From NCBI GenBank assembly GCA_036676395.1, contig JAKFCY010000002.1:1984001-2048000 (forward strand): a DNA stretch of 64,000 nt. Reading direction: 5' to 3'. Numbering within the stretch: position 1 is the first letter of the stretch; each line of letters begins with the position of its first letter. A program made the position numbers and the translations under genes. Below, piece after piece: positions 39,149-48,639 of this stretch. The notes beneath the pieces were generated by a model that did no database searches, was not told where the DNA came from, and was given only the letters and a program-made list of their open reading frames with translations. This DNA comes from Bdellovibrio sp. (GTDB lineage Bacteria; Bdellovibrionota; Bdellovibrionia; Bdellovibrionales; Bdellovibrionaceae).

Positions 39149-39544
39149 TTATTGCGTAACATCATTGAGAGTCTTTTGAGCCAGCGAGTTAAGAAAGGCC
39201 TGCAAAGCATCAGACAGGCTTTTTTTAAGCGTACAACGGTTTTGAAATACACAGTCGCACTTCCTGTCAGAAAAACATTCAGCTATATAAAATGAAGGCT
39301 CTGTCTTCAGGATTATTTCTTTAAGGCTTCTGCGCCCGGTTTGCTCGGTGATCAGAAGACCGCCGGCCCGGCCGCGGCTGGTTTCAATAAAATTTAGTTT
39401 CGCAAGCTGATTTGAAACTTTAATCAGATTATTTTTCGAGATGCCGACTTTCTCTGTGAGCTCATTTAAAGTAACAAGTCTTTTTTTCTCGTTTAGGTAC
39501 ATAAGCACTCTTAATGAATAATCAGTATGATCCGTTAAACGCAT
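39149..39544 (-). CDS. nsrR: Rrf2-family NO-sensing repressor NsrR
   Basis: MRLTDHTDYSLRVLMYL, ISKNNLIKV, RGRAGG, ECF...C.C....C; ATG 39544 with GGGGAG SD. Confidence 0.85.
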   Translation of the reverse strand: MRLTDHTDYSLRVLMYLNEKKRLVTLNELTEKVGISKNNLIKVSNQLAKLNFIETSRGRAGGLLITEQTGRRSLKEIILKTEPSFYIAECFSDRKCDCVFQNRCTLKKSLSDALQAFLNSLAQKTLNDVTQ

Positions 39545-39557
39545 TAGCTTTACTCCC

Positions 39558-40679
39558 CTAGCATGAAGGCTTCGCCTGCGGTCCAGGCTTGAAGATTTTG
39601 GGTAAAAATGTGAAACACCAGCTAACAACTGCAAGTATCCAGAATGTTGCAGCCATGTGAAGATAACTTATCTTCCATAACCCGCCCGAAAACCCATATA
39701 AAATTCTTGAAATAATAGCCAAGAGCAAAAACACGACAAGACACCAAAGAGCTGGTGATTTCATCTCAAGATCGGTAGAGTATGCCCCATGAGCCAATGT
39801 CACGCGTGTAGCAACAGCAAACGTGATCAAACCAAAACAGCCGATAAAAAGAAAATGAAACCACGTCAGATACATCGAAGGTTGAAGCCAAATAAGAAAA
39901 AAACTTAAGGGAATCATAGCCGCAACAATACGAACACCATGTTTTAAGGCTGATGGGCGTTCGGATGGCCGCTGAATTTGCCAGATTTTAAAAAGATACA
40001 CTAACGACAATAATGTTAAACCAAGATAGGCTATTGTGACTCCCAGCCCAGCTAAATAAAGAAGCCCTGCCATCAAAGCTCCTGCACTATGAAATAAAAG
40101 ACGAAGCCATAATGAGGTTATATTTTCGAACACAGATGGAAGCCCCGAAAGAAACGAAAAAAAACGAGTTCCAATACCTAACACTAACAGCAAAGTTGTT
40201 CCGACATGATAAAGATGAATTCCCATAAAGGAATTTCCGCTAAAATGAAAGTATGAGCCCAGTAGGGCCAGCATCATAGCCATGCCTACGTGAGAGAAAA
40301 AAACTGGAACCGGCTTGGTCAATTTAAGAATTCTTCGTCCACCAAAGACAATCATAAATAAAATCAGCAGGGCTTGATTGGTGTAAAAAAACTTCGCGTC
40401 TACTTTCCAGGAAAAAACCGTCTGACCGATCAACAAAACCGAAGCAAAAAGGTATTCGATTTTATTCGCGCCAGCAGTTCCCGACATTCGCGGCATTGCT
40501 GTCATTAAAAAACCAACGATAAAACACCACAAAAATCCACCGGCGATAAGTTTCGAATGAATCAGCAAAGAGGGGCTTTCAAACCAACCCAGGTTTTGCA
40601 CGAACCAAACACCGACAGCCAGTAAGGCATTTAAAATGCCTAACGGAAAAAATAACTGATACGGTGAAATATTTTTCAT
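39558..40679 (-). CDS. nnrS: NnrS family membrane protein
   Basis: PYQLFFPLG, GFLMTAMP, H..FIG, TRVTLAHG; located beside nsrR. Confidence 0.8.
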   Translation of the reverse strand: MKNISPYQLFFPLGILNALLAVGVWFVQNLGWFESPSLLIHSKLIAGGFLWCFIVGFLMTAMPRMSGTAGANKIEYLFASVLLIGQTVFSWKVDAKFFYTNQALLILFMIVFGGRRILKLTKPVPVFFSHVGMAMMLALLGSYFHFSGNSFMGIHLYHVGTTLLLVLGIGTRFFSFLSGLPSVFENITSLWLRLLFHSAGALMAGLLYLAGLGVTIAYLGLTLLSLVYLFKIWQIQRPSERPSALKHGVRIVAAMIPLSFFLIWLQPSMYLTWFHFLFIGCFGLITFAVATRVTLAHGAYSTDLEMKSPALWCLVVFLLLAIISRILYGFSGGLWKISYLHMAATFWILAVVSWCFTFLPKIFKPGPQAKPSC

Positions 40680-40721
40680 TTTTTATACCTACTAAAATCC
40701 TTCAAGCCGATTGACAACTCA

Positions 40722-40752
40722 TGTAATGTTGCATATCAAATACAACATTACA
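40722..40752. promoter_or_regulatory. NsrR operator between divergent nnrS and globin genes
   Basis: TGTAATGTTG-CATATCAAATA-CAACATTACA; core ATGTTGCATAT-C-AAATACAACAT fits the 11-1-11 NsrR pattern; TTGACA at 40711. Confidence 0.8.
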
Positions 40753-40791
40753 ACGAAATTTGCTAAAGTAGACCGCCAAAGCGAGGTTTAA

Positions 40792-41226
40792 ATGAAACAA
40801 AATGAATCACCAAAAACTGGCAAATCTGTGAAACTTAATGGAATTGAATTCACTCATGATGATATTTTTCGCGTTGTCGATAATTTTTATGACCGCATTC
40901 AACAAGACCCTATGCTTCAGGTTCCGTTTAAGTCTGTCGAAGACTGGCCAGAACACATTCGTAATCTTACCCATTTTTGGTGGGCACGCTTTGGTGGTCA
41001 GCCCTACCTTTTCAATTTTTACAATCCAGTTGAGAAGCATTTTTTCGCAGGGTTCAACCAAGAACTTTTGGCCAGATGGCTTTTTCTTTTTTCTGAAACG
41101 CTTCAGACCCAACTAAAACCCGAGCAAGCGGCTCTCTGGACGTTAATTTCAGAACGCATGGGCGAAGGTTTATCGATTAAAAATGAACTCTATAAAAAAG
41201 AGTATGAAGCGCGAGAACGAAAATAA
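40792..41226 (+). CDS. Group III truncated haemoglobin
   Basis: VDNFYDRI..D..L...F, DWPEH...LTHFW, P..KH, RWL.LF.ET. Confidence 0.85.
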   Translation: MKQNESPKTGKSVKLNGIEFTHDDIFRVVDNFYDRIQQDPMLQVPFKSVEDWPEHIRNLTHFWWARFGGQPYLFNFYNPVEKHFFAGFNQELLARWLFLFSETLQTQLKPEQAALWTLISERMGEGLSIKNELYKKEYEARERK

Positions 41227-41235
41227 TTCGCACTT

Positions 41236-42051
41236 TTACGGACAAATGAGGATGGGTTTATTAACAGAGCGAACGATTTTGGTCGCAACTTTACCCAGCA
41301 ATGGGTTTCTTCTGTTTTTATCCCGAGGCGATAACGCAACAATATCAAACTCTTTAGATTTTTTTTCGACTCTATCTAAAATATTTCCATTGCTGCGCAC
41401 CATTTTAAGATCTGGGTGTGTTTTTGAAAACTTGGCAAAAATTTTATTATCTTCATCATGTATCTGTTTAACCATTTCTTTGTGAACCGGAAAGTTCAGT
41501 ATAGGAATGGGCTTAGGAATCACATGATAAAGCTCTAACTTAGGATGAACACTAGATTCGAAAGATCTAACTTGCATAAGTGTTCGATCAGTTTGTTCAC
41601 TAAAATCAGAAGGAATCAGAATGCGCTTTGGCAACAGTGCGCGTTGGCCCCGATGCACCCACACCGGAAACGGCGAAAGAGTGGCGACCTTTTCTGCAGT
41701 GCTGCCTAAAAAAAAGCGAGCCAATTTACTATACCCTTTATGACCCACGATAATTAACGGCACTTGCTCTACTTTTTTGCCGATATCAATTAACTGTTCA
41801 GCGGGGTCGCCCATTTTAACAAAGATATTTGGATTTTCAGGCAGCTTATAAGTTTTTCGAATCAGAAACTTCATTCTTAAAACAAATTCATCGACGGTAT
41901 CACCCAAAGTTTGAAAATAATCATACGCATACAAATAAGTTAACGGCACCTTCATCGTTTCAGATAGTTTTTGCGCTTCTTTCACTACGATTTTTGAATA
42001 CTTTGAAAGATCTACTCCAACTATAATGTGCTTGATTTCTTGATGCTGCAT
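41236..42051 (-). CDS. Tandem-domain universal stress protein (paralog 1)
   Basis: IIVGVDLS, FFLGSTAEKV, ILIPSDFS, LGKVATKIVR. Confidence 0.9.
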   Translation of the reverse strand: MQHQEIKHIIVGVDLSKYSKIVVKEAQKLSETMKVPLTYLYAYDYFQTLGDTVDEFVLRMKFLIRKTYKLPENPNIFVKMGDPAEQLIDIGKKVEQVPLIIVGHKGYSKLARFFLGSTAEKVATLSPFPVWVHRGQRALLPKRILIPSDFSEQTDRTLMQVRSFESSVHPKLELYHVIPKPIPILNFPVHKEMVKQIHDEDNKIFAKFSKTHPDLKMVRSNGNILDRVEKKSKEFDIVALSPRDKNRRNPLLGKVATKIVRSVNKPILICP

Positions 42052-42093
42052 TTAAATACCTTTTTGCCTCTTGAGAACTTTATTTCTAATAAG

Positions 42094-42109
42094 TGCGAAT
42101 ACCATGCCA
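42094..42109 (-). promoter_or_regulatory. Sigma-54 promoter of the USP gene
   Basis: TGGCAT-GGTAT-TCGCA on the minus strand. Confidence 0.65.
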
Positions 42110-42121
42110 TCGATTAACTTA

Positions 42122-42904
42122 TCATTTAGCCGAGAGCTGGCGATCGATAATATCTTTAAACGCAGCCAACGGATAAGCCCCTTTTAAAGATATGCCATTA
42201 ACTAAATATCCAGGTGTTCCTGAAATATTAAATTTTTGCGCTTCTGCCGTATCGGCGTTAATACGCTGAGCAATTTTTTCGCTTTTCAACGCAGCTTCTA
42301 CTTTTTTCAGATCTGCACCAACTTTTTTAGCTAACTCTTTAAAAAGAGCTTCGCCTTTATCTTTCATTTCACCCTGTTTTTCAAAAACTAAGTCATGAAA
42401 CTTTTCAGCTTTTGCATGGTCTTGCATCGCGATCGCTTCAAAATAACGAGCCGCTGGCATTGCTAATGGATGAAAATCTAAAGGTAAATGTTTATAGACG
42501 ATTCGCACCTTATCGCCATATTCTTTTTTAAGCTGCTTCATTGTTTGATAGCCACGCGAGCAATATGGACATTCAAAATCAGAATATTCAACTATTGTAA
42601 TCGGTGCAGATTTATGACCAAAGATGACGCGGCCTTCTTCAATTTCAGGTTTTAAAGGGTTTTTAAATTCTTCTTCGCGCTGTTTTTGTTCATCCTGCTG
42701 GGCTCGTTCGCCGGCGACTTTCTGCGCGCTTTGTTGGGCTTTCATGACCACTTCGATAAATTGATCCGGAGCTTTTTCAATGGCGGTGAAAACAATTGAG
42801 GGATCTTTTTCGACGGCCTCTTTAATTTGTTTTGCACTCGGCGCACAAGATGCAAGTAAAAGCCCGATAATTGATATTTTTAATAGTCCACTAAGTTGAT
42901 TCAT
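42122..42904 (-). CDS. DsbA-family thiol-disulfide oxidoreductase (lipoprotein)
   Basis: LASC lipobox; EYSDFECPYC, KHLPL.FH, ISGTPG; ATG 42904 after GGAGG. Confidence 0.9.
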   Translation of the reverse strand: MNQLSGLLKISIIGLLLASCAPSAKQIKEAVEKDPSIVFTAIEKAPDQFIEVVMKAQQSAQKVAGERAQQDEQKQREEEFKNPLKPEIEEGRVIFGHKSAPITIVEYSDFECPYCSRGYQTMKQLKKEYGDKVRIVYKHLPLDFHPLAMPAARYFEAIAMQDHAKAEKFHDLVFEKQGEMKDKGEALFKELAKKVGADLKKVEAALKSEKIAQRINADTAEAQKFNISGTPGYLVNGISLKGAYPLAAFKDIIDRQLSAK

Positions 42905-42957
42905 TGAATCCTCCAATAAGATGTTGGATTTCAGAATAACAGCAGGCTTTTTTGTCT

Positions 42958-42985
42958 TGTCACAGCTGTGTGAATAGTTTGTAAA
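42958..42985 (-). promoter_or_regulatory. Three 11-bp-period direct repeats, candidate response-regulator site upstream of dsbA
   Basis: TTTACA-N5-TTCACA-N5-GTGACA, upstream of an extended -10 TATTCT. Confidence 0.5.
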
Positions 42986-42992
42986 TTAAACT

Positions 42993-43652
42993 TTACAAAA
43001 CTTTTAATCGATATCCCACCGAACGTACCGTTTCGATAAGCTGGTCATCAGTTTTCTGCCTTAAAAGCATAATATGCGTATCTACGGTACGAGTTGTCGG
43101 ATAAACCTCGTAGCCCCAGACTTTATTTAAAATCTCATCCCGAGAAAAAACTTTTTCCGGACTTTCGGCAAGTAAGACCAAAAGTTCAAATTCTTTTTTA
43201 ACCAGTTGAACATCCACGTTTTTAAAACTGACTTTATGACGAATGCGATCGATAACTAATGAACCCACAGTTAAAATTCCTGAAGCTTCTGGCAGTTTGG
43301 TTCTTAGCTGCACACGCAGTCTTGCGATCAGTTCGCGAGGTTCAAAGGGCTTAGTTAAATAATCATTAGCCCCCACTTCTAAGCCAAGAACTTTATCCAT
43401 AATATCTGCCCGTGCCGTCAAAAAAATTACCGGAGTTTGAATATCTTGCTTGCGAATTTCGATGAGAAAATCTAACCCCTGGCCATCAGGTAACATCCAA
43501 TCCAGAATAATAAGATCTGATTTTACTTTTAACCGCTCGCGAGCCTGAGCCAAGTTTTCGCAAATAGTTACTTGATGACCTTCTTTAAGAATAAGATCTT
43601 TCAAAGGTAAACTGATGTTCTGATGGTCTTCAATAATCATTACATGCGGCAT
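42993..43652 (-). CDS. OmpR-family response regulator, VxrB/WigR-like
   Basis: ILDWMLPDG, GANDYLTKPF, VWGY..YPTTRTVDTHI..LRQK. Confidence 0.9.
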   Translation of the reverse strand: MPHVMIIEDHQNISLPLKDLILKEGHQVTICENLAQARERLKVKSDLIILDWMLPDGQGLDFLIEIRKQDIQTPVIFLTARADIMDKVLGLEVGANDYLTKPFEPRELIARLRVQLRTKLPEASGILTVGSLVIDRIRHKVSFKNVDVQLVKKEFELLVLLAESPEKVFSRDEILNKVWGYEVYPTTRTVDTHIMLLRQKTDDQLIETVRSVGYRLKVL

Positions 43653-45232
43653 TAGTTATGACCTCTTAAAGTGAGTGTTAAGGTAAATAAGGTTGGATTT
43701 TTAGAAAACTGCAAGCGAGCGCCCCATTGATTAACAATAAATAAAATCATATTCAGACCTAAACCCATGCCTTGGCTCCGCGGACTTTTTACAAAAGCTT
43801 CGGTCATTTGATCGATCGATTCAAAATCGTTTTTTCCGGCATCTTGAATTAAAATTTTCAAATGAGTTTTGTTTTTTTGAAGCTTAATAACGACCGGCGG
43901 GTCTCCATGCAGAAAAGCATTCTGCACTAGGTTAGATAAAATAAATTTTAGCCAAAACGCATCTAATCTTAAGTTATGGTCTTCTGATAATAACTCGCAA
44001 GAAATTTCTCTGCCCGAGTCGGCTATAAAATCAGAGATCCAATTATTTATTGAAGGAATATCCGCATTATTAAATTGAATGCGATGACTTTCGGTTTGCA
44101 AATAAGTTTTACTGACTTCGATAATTCTTTGCATCCGGTAAATTTCAGTCGACATACGAACTAAAATATCCTGACTTTCAATATCCAGTTTTTTTTGCTT
44201 ATCTGCTATCTGCTCAATCAATAAAAGCATCGCGCTGACCGGGGTTCTGAATTCATGACTTAAAACCTGCAAAGACAACCGATGTTTAATTTGAGCTTTA
44301 TTTTTTTCGTAAAGGCTTTTGATGTAAAAACCAAAAAAGCTAAATAAAATAAGCCCAATCAAAATCAAAATTGCAAAAGAGTAACGGTAAAAATAAGCCT
44401 GAGTCTGTTGCGAATTGTAAGTCCAGCAGCTATTTCCAATTTTTAAAATACATACCGAATTTTCAGCTCCTGAAGTGACGTCAAATTTTCCGGCTTTAAC
44501 AACCTGATTAAATTCAGAAGCAGAGTAAATCAAATAACTCAGTGGAGAAAAGCCCAAGCGGTCTTGATCTTTAAATAAAACATATTCTGAAGTAATAATT
44601 AATTCTTCACCGCGAATAACAGACTCAACTTCGTCTTCGTTAAAACGGGATAAAATTAAGAATTTTAAGTCATTGATTTTATATTTCTGCAGAACTTCGG
44701 CAAGTTCAGAAATTTTAAAATAAGAAAGATGTTGCTCAACCCATTTTTTCTCATCATCAAAGGGTGCCGTGTACATCGAAATCAAATAGGCATAACTAGA
44801 GCCTTTTTGATCTGCGAAGGGCGGTTTCAAAAAAAAATCATTCGGAAGCGGAGCCGCGCCAGACAAAAAGAATTCGAGCTGACGTCTTTTTTCTGTTTCT
44901 AAATTAATGCTTTCTTTATTTTCTTCGGCTTGGGCTTGTTTTTCGCTGCAGTTTATACAAGTTGGAAAATGCAGTTTTTTAATACTTAAAAGAGGATGTA
45001 GAATTTGAAACTGGCCGCTGTTTCCGTAAATTTCTGAAAAATTAATCTCGGCCACAGGTTTTGTACTCAAGCGAAACTGGGTAATCGTTTCGCGTATTTC
45101 AGAGCCCGCACGATCTGTCGAAATAAACAAACCCTTTTGACTTGCTATTTGCGCCCAATAAATAAAAATCAACATTAAGACTGCAAAAAGACTTAATAAC
45201 CCAAAATGATTTTTAATAAATGACGTATTCAA
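43652..45232 (-). CDS. Sensor histidine kinase with a large periplasmic domain, VxrA/WigK (DUF3404)-like
   Basis: LP..FF..P...G.SYA, C....GNSCW, LQVLSHEFRTP, RI.E.SK.YL, NLVQNA..HG, S.GMGLGL. Confidence 0.8.
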   Translation of the reverse strand: MNTSFIKNHFGLLSLFAVLMLIFIYWAQIASQKGLFISTDRAGSEIRETITQFRLSTKPVAEINFSEIYGNSGQFQILHPLLSIKKLHFPTCINCSEKQAQAEENKESINLETEKRRQLEFFLSGAAPLPNDFFLKPPFADQKGSSYAYLISMYTAPFDDEKKWVEQHLSYFKISELAEVLQKYKINDLKFLILSRFNEDEVESVIRGEELIITSEYVLFKDQDRLGFSPLSYLIYSASEFNQVVKAGKFDVTSGAENSVCILKIGNSCWTYNSQQTQAYFYRYSFAILILIGLILFSFFGFYIKSLYEKNKAQIKHRLSLQVLSHEFRTPVSAMLLLIEQIADKQKKLDIESQDILVRMSTEIYRMQRIIEVSKTYLQTESHRIQFNNADIPSINNWISDFIADSGREISCELLSEDHNLRLDAFWLKFILSNLVQNAFLHGDPPVVIKLQKNKTHLKILIQDAGKNDFESIDQMTEAFVKSPRSQGMGLGLNMILFIVNQWGARLQFSKNPTLFTLTLTLRGHN

Positions 45233-46479
45233 GGCTTTTTCACCATCACAGCCGGATCATGACGAATATATTTGTCATTAATAAATTTCATCATAAACAC
45301 CGTAATCGTTACCGTACCCACCAATACATAACCAAGAACATCGAAATGCTCTAAAACCCCGTCAGGTCTTTTCACAACGATATACCCGGCAATCACCGCA
45401 GCCACACCGCCTGCGATTTGCTGCATTGACGCATTAATAGCCATGAATGATCCGCGGTGTGCGGGGTCGGGCAATGCCGACATCAAAGCTTGTGAAGGAA
45501 TCATGCGCGAAAAAATACCGATGAACATGACCGTATTAACGATGACTACGGCGATTAACGAACTTGGCCCCATGTTTGTGTAGTAGACAACCATGACCGC
45601 AGATAGAATCCCACCAAAAACAAAAGTTCGAAGTTTACCAAAAGAATCACTCAGTTTACCGACAAGTGGCCCGATAAAAAGAGTAGCGATGCCGGTAATT
45701 AAATAAATGATCGGTAAATCCTGCATGGTTAGCTTTAGATTATTCACTGTAAAATCTGTTCCAAACGGCATCAGCATAAATCCGCCAATTGACATCAACG
45801 CTGTGGCCGCAAACCCATAAAGGTATTTTTCATTGGTAACAGTAGTTTTCATGTGATTAAAAGCATTGTGATCAACACGTGCAATTTTTAAATGTTCATT
45901 AATTGGTTTCAGATAAATAAGAATCACAACACCTGCGATAATGCTTACACCCACAATCATGAAAAATGGCGCATGCCATCCCCAAATGTTTGAAATATAA
46001 AGCCCTACGGGAATACCCAGAACTTGGCTTGCGGCAAAAGCGGTTTGAATGAACCCCATCACGCGGCCACGCTGCGACAGTGCAAACACATCAGCTGTGA
46101 TAGCCAAAACCACAGAGCCGATGACTCCACCAAAAAGGCCAGTTACGATTCTTGCGGCCAGCATAAAGTGATAACTTGGGGCTATCGCGCAGAATAATGT
46201 TCCGATGACAAATCCAACATAGAAAAAAAGTAGTATTTTCTTTCGATCATAACGATCAGCAAAGCCCGAAGCTAAAAGCCCGGCGATGCCTGCACTGAAC
46301 GCGTAAGCCGAATGGACGATACCGAATTGCGACGGGCCCATTTTAAGGGCCGGCATCATAATAACCCCCAAAGGCGCCATGATCATAAAATCAAGAATTA
46401 TAGTAAATTGAAGAAAAGCCAAAAGCCCTACGACGAACTTTTGGTAGCCAGTAAATGCAGTCTCATTTTTGGAAGTCAT
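45229..46479 (-). CDS. MFS transporter
   Basis: LDFMIMAPLG, DRYDRK, RGRVMG, RGSFMAIN. Confidence 0.9.
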   Translation of the reverse strand: MTSKNETAFTGYQKFVVGLLAFLQFTIILDFMIMAPLGVIMMPALKMGPSQFGIVHSAYAFSAGIAGLLASGFADRYDRKKILLFFYVGFVIGTLFCAIAPSYHFMLAARIVTGLFGGVIGSVVLAITADVFALSQRGRVMGFIQTAFAASQVLGIPVGLYISNIWGWHAPFFMIVGVSIIAGVVILIYLKPINEHLKIARVDHNAFNHMKTTVTNEKYLYGFAATALMSIGGFMLMPFGTDFTVNNLKLTMQDLPIIYLITGIATLFIGPLVGKLSDSFGKLRTFVFGGILSAVMVVYYTNMGPSSLIAVVIVNTVMFIGIFSRMIPSQALMSALPDPAHRGSFMAINASMQQIAGGVAAVIAGYIVVKRPDGVLEHFDVLGYVLVGTVTITVFMMKFINDKYIRHDPAVMVKKP

Positions 46480-46551
46480 TTAATGATACTAGCCCTTCAC
46501 GGCCGATAGTCACTAAATGTTATTTTGTTGATTGGTACATCCTTTAAGGAT

Positions 46552-47364
46552 CTATAGTTTTTTAATCTGATCAAATAAAATAAAAGCTCCCATAATCAGA
46601 ACAAAATAACCGAATCCTTTTTTAAGACCTTTTTCTGAAACTTTTTTAGTTAAAAACATTCCTACAAATAAACCGACAACGGCTATACCAGTTATCGCCG
46701 CCAATAGCGACCATTGAATTTCACTGGGCATATTACTGTGGTGTTGCAAATCACCCAGAAAACCAATTAAAGATTTGGCCGCAATAATAAATAATGAGGT
46801 GCCCACCGCGATTTTCATCGGCATCCCGACTAAAACAACCAGCGCTGGAATAATTAAAAAACCGCCGCCAGCACCGACAAATCCGGTCACTCCCCCGACC
46901 ACCAAACCTTCAAGTGAAATCAATGAAAATTTAGCTAAGAGTGATAATTCTGCTTTTTTAGTTTCTGCTTTTTTAGTTTTGATCATTGAAATAGAAGCCG
47001 CCAGCATCAAAACAGCAAAGACTAACATAATCAGTAACGGCTTAGAAAAAGCTACAGATCCCGCCGTAAACACCGGATCTGGAAGGCTTGGCACCACATA
47101 GGCTCGGGTTAAATAAACACCGATAAAACTTGGAACCGCAAAAATTAATCCTGTTTTAAGATCAACTTCGCCTTTTTTAAAATACGATACACCGCCGACA
47201 AGAGCGGTCGATCCCACGATAAATAGTGAATACGCCGTGGCTGTGATAGGATTAATTGCAAACAAGTACACCAGGATTGGAACAGTTAAAATTGATCCGC
47301 CGCCACCGATCATCCCTAAAGATAATCCCATAAATATTGAGGCTATATATCCTGCAATTTCCAC
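46552..47364 (-). CDS. TauE/SafE sulfite exporter family protein
   Basis: GGGGSILTVPILVY, ATAYSLFIVG, GAGGGFLIIPAL, AVGTSL. Confidence 0.9.
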   Translation of the reverse strand: MEIAGYIASIFMGLSLGMIGGGGSILTVPILVYLFAINPITATAYSLFIVGSTALVGGVSYFKKGEVDLKTGLIFAVPSFIGVYLTRAYVVPSLPDPVFTAGSVAFSKPLLIMLVFAVLMLAASISMIKTKKAETKKAELSLLAKFSLISLEGLVVGGVTGFVGAGGGFLIIPALVVLVGMPMKIAVGTSLFIIAAKSLIGFLGDLQHHSNMPSEIQWSLLAAITGIAVVGLFVGMFLTKKVSEKGLKKGFGYFVLIMGAFILFDQIKKL

Positions 47365-47370
47365 AATGAC

Positions 47371-47799
47371 CTACTTTTGTAGTTTTAATTTTTTATCGAC
47401 CTGTTTAAACAAAAACATTCCGGCAAGCATACTGATCACAAAGATGAAAGATGTTTTATCAAAACTTGCAAGTGAGGTGATTGCCGGCCCGGGGCAAAAA
47501 CCACCTAACGCCCAACCAACCCCGAAAATAAAAGCACCAATAATTAATGCTGGGGTAATTTCTTTTTTTGTGGGCACATGCCAGTGCGTACTTAATAAAG
47601 GTGATTTTCTTTTTCTAATCAGTTTGTACAGCACAAAGTGAACTAAAATTGCACCGACCATCACAAAAATTAATGAGGGATCCCAGTGGCCAAATAAATC
47701 TAAAAAGCCAATGACTTTTTGCGGCTGGGTCATGCCTGATAAACCCAGGCCAAGGGCAAAAATAAACCCAACAGCTAATGCCGATAAAGCATTTTTCAT
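47371..47799 (-). CDS. YeeE/YedE-type sulfur transporter subunit
   Basis: SGMTQP.KV.GFLD.FG.WDPSL, FGVGWAL.GFCPGP. Confidence 0.9.
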   Translation of the reverse strand: MKNALSALAVGFIFALGLGLSGMTQPQKVIGFLDLFGHWDPSLIFVMVGAILVHFVLYKLIRKRKSPLLSTHWHVPTKKEITPALIIGAFIFGVGWALGGFCPGPAITSLASFDKTSFIFVISMLAGMFLFKQVDKKLKLQK

Positions 47800-48221
47800 A
47801 AATAGACTCCTAATTTTCTAAACACATAAACAGCCGCAATACCTGCCGCCATAAAAACAATCGTGGCCGCGATTGATCTTGCTGACATACGACTGATACC
47901 ACAGACACCGTGGCCGCTGGTACAGCCGCTTCCCAAGATGGTGCCAAAACCTACAAGCAAACCTGCAACGACTGTTGTCCATGTTTCTGAGTTAATCGTG
48001 TTAGCAAAGACCGTAGGTTTTAACTGACCCATAACCAATCCACCTAAAAAAAGTCCGCCCATAAAAAGTACTCGCCACAAGGTGTCGCCTTTAACTGGCG
48101 AGAGCGCGCCATTAATAATACCGCTTATACCGGTGACACGACCGCTCCACAAAAGCATTAATGAAACAGATGTTCCGATTAAAACTCCTCCGAATAAAGC
48201 ATTGATCCAGTCTTGTTGCAT
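47796..48221 (-). CDS. YeeE/YedE-type sulfur transporter subunit
   Basis: [25 protein letters not shown]. Confidence 0.9.
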   Translation of the reverse strand: MQQDWINALFGGVLIGTSVSLMLLWSGRVTGISGIINGALSPVKGDTLWRVLFMGGLFLGGLVMGQLKPTVFANTINSETWTTVVAGLLVGFGTILGSGCTSGHGVCGISRMSARSIAATIVFMAAGIAAVYVFRKLGVYL

Positions 48222-48232
48222 ACGTTAACTCC

Positions 48233-48574
48233 TTAACTTTTGACCACGGGTAATTTTTTTTCATTCCAATCAATCATTCCACCGATCAGATTCATCGTAA
48301 ACCTGAAACCTAACTTAATACTTTCTTGTGTGGCCGCTTCAGAGCGTACGCCGCTCCGGCAGACAAACACAATAGCTTGTGAACGATCAGCCTGTTCTAG
48401 AAAAGTTGTGAGTTCTGGGCCTAAGGTTATCAGTTCAGCACCTTTGATGTGACCCAATTCATTGTTATATTCGTCAGCTCGGCGCACATCGACGATGCGT
48501 AAGTTTTTTTGACTTTCACCTGATTCTGCCAGATGCGCGAAAAGCTGTTCGGTTGTAATTTCAATAGTGTTCAT
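48233..48574 (-). CDS. Single-domain rhodanese
   Basis: DVRRADEY...GHIKGA, VCRSGVRS, GGMIDW; ATG 48574. Confidence 0.9.
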   Translation of the reverse strand: MNTIEITTEQLFAHLAESGESQKNLRIVDVRRADEYNNELGHIKGAELITLGPELTTFLEQADRSQAIVFVCRSGVRSEAATQESIKLGFRFTMNLIGGMIDWNEKKLPVVKS

Positions 48575-48609
48575 GTAGACAGTTTGCCGAATACACAAAA
48601 TAAGTATGA

Positions 48610-48621
48610 TGTGCCAGCACA
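48610..48621. promoter_or_regulatory. Palindromic operator TGTGC-CA-GCACA (copy 1)
   Basis: Identical to 49360-49371; centred 41.5 nt upstream of the rhodanese ATG. Confidence 0.8.
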
Positions 48622-48639
48622 CAATTCAGAAGAATTATT

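Noticed and set aside
39545..39634. N-terminal extension of NsrR in the ORF track
   Set aside because: Overlaps nnrS; the family starts at MRLT, with an SD before 39544
42149..42192. TGACAA enhancer pair for the first USP sigma-54 promoter
   Set aside because: The expected position lies in dsbA coding sequence and does not match the motif
48575..48622. N-terminal extension of the rhodanese
   Set aside because: Starts inside the operator palindrome; ATG 48574 fits the promoter geometry
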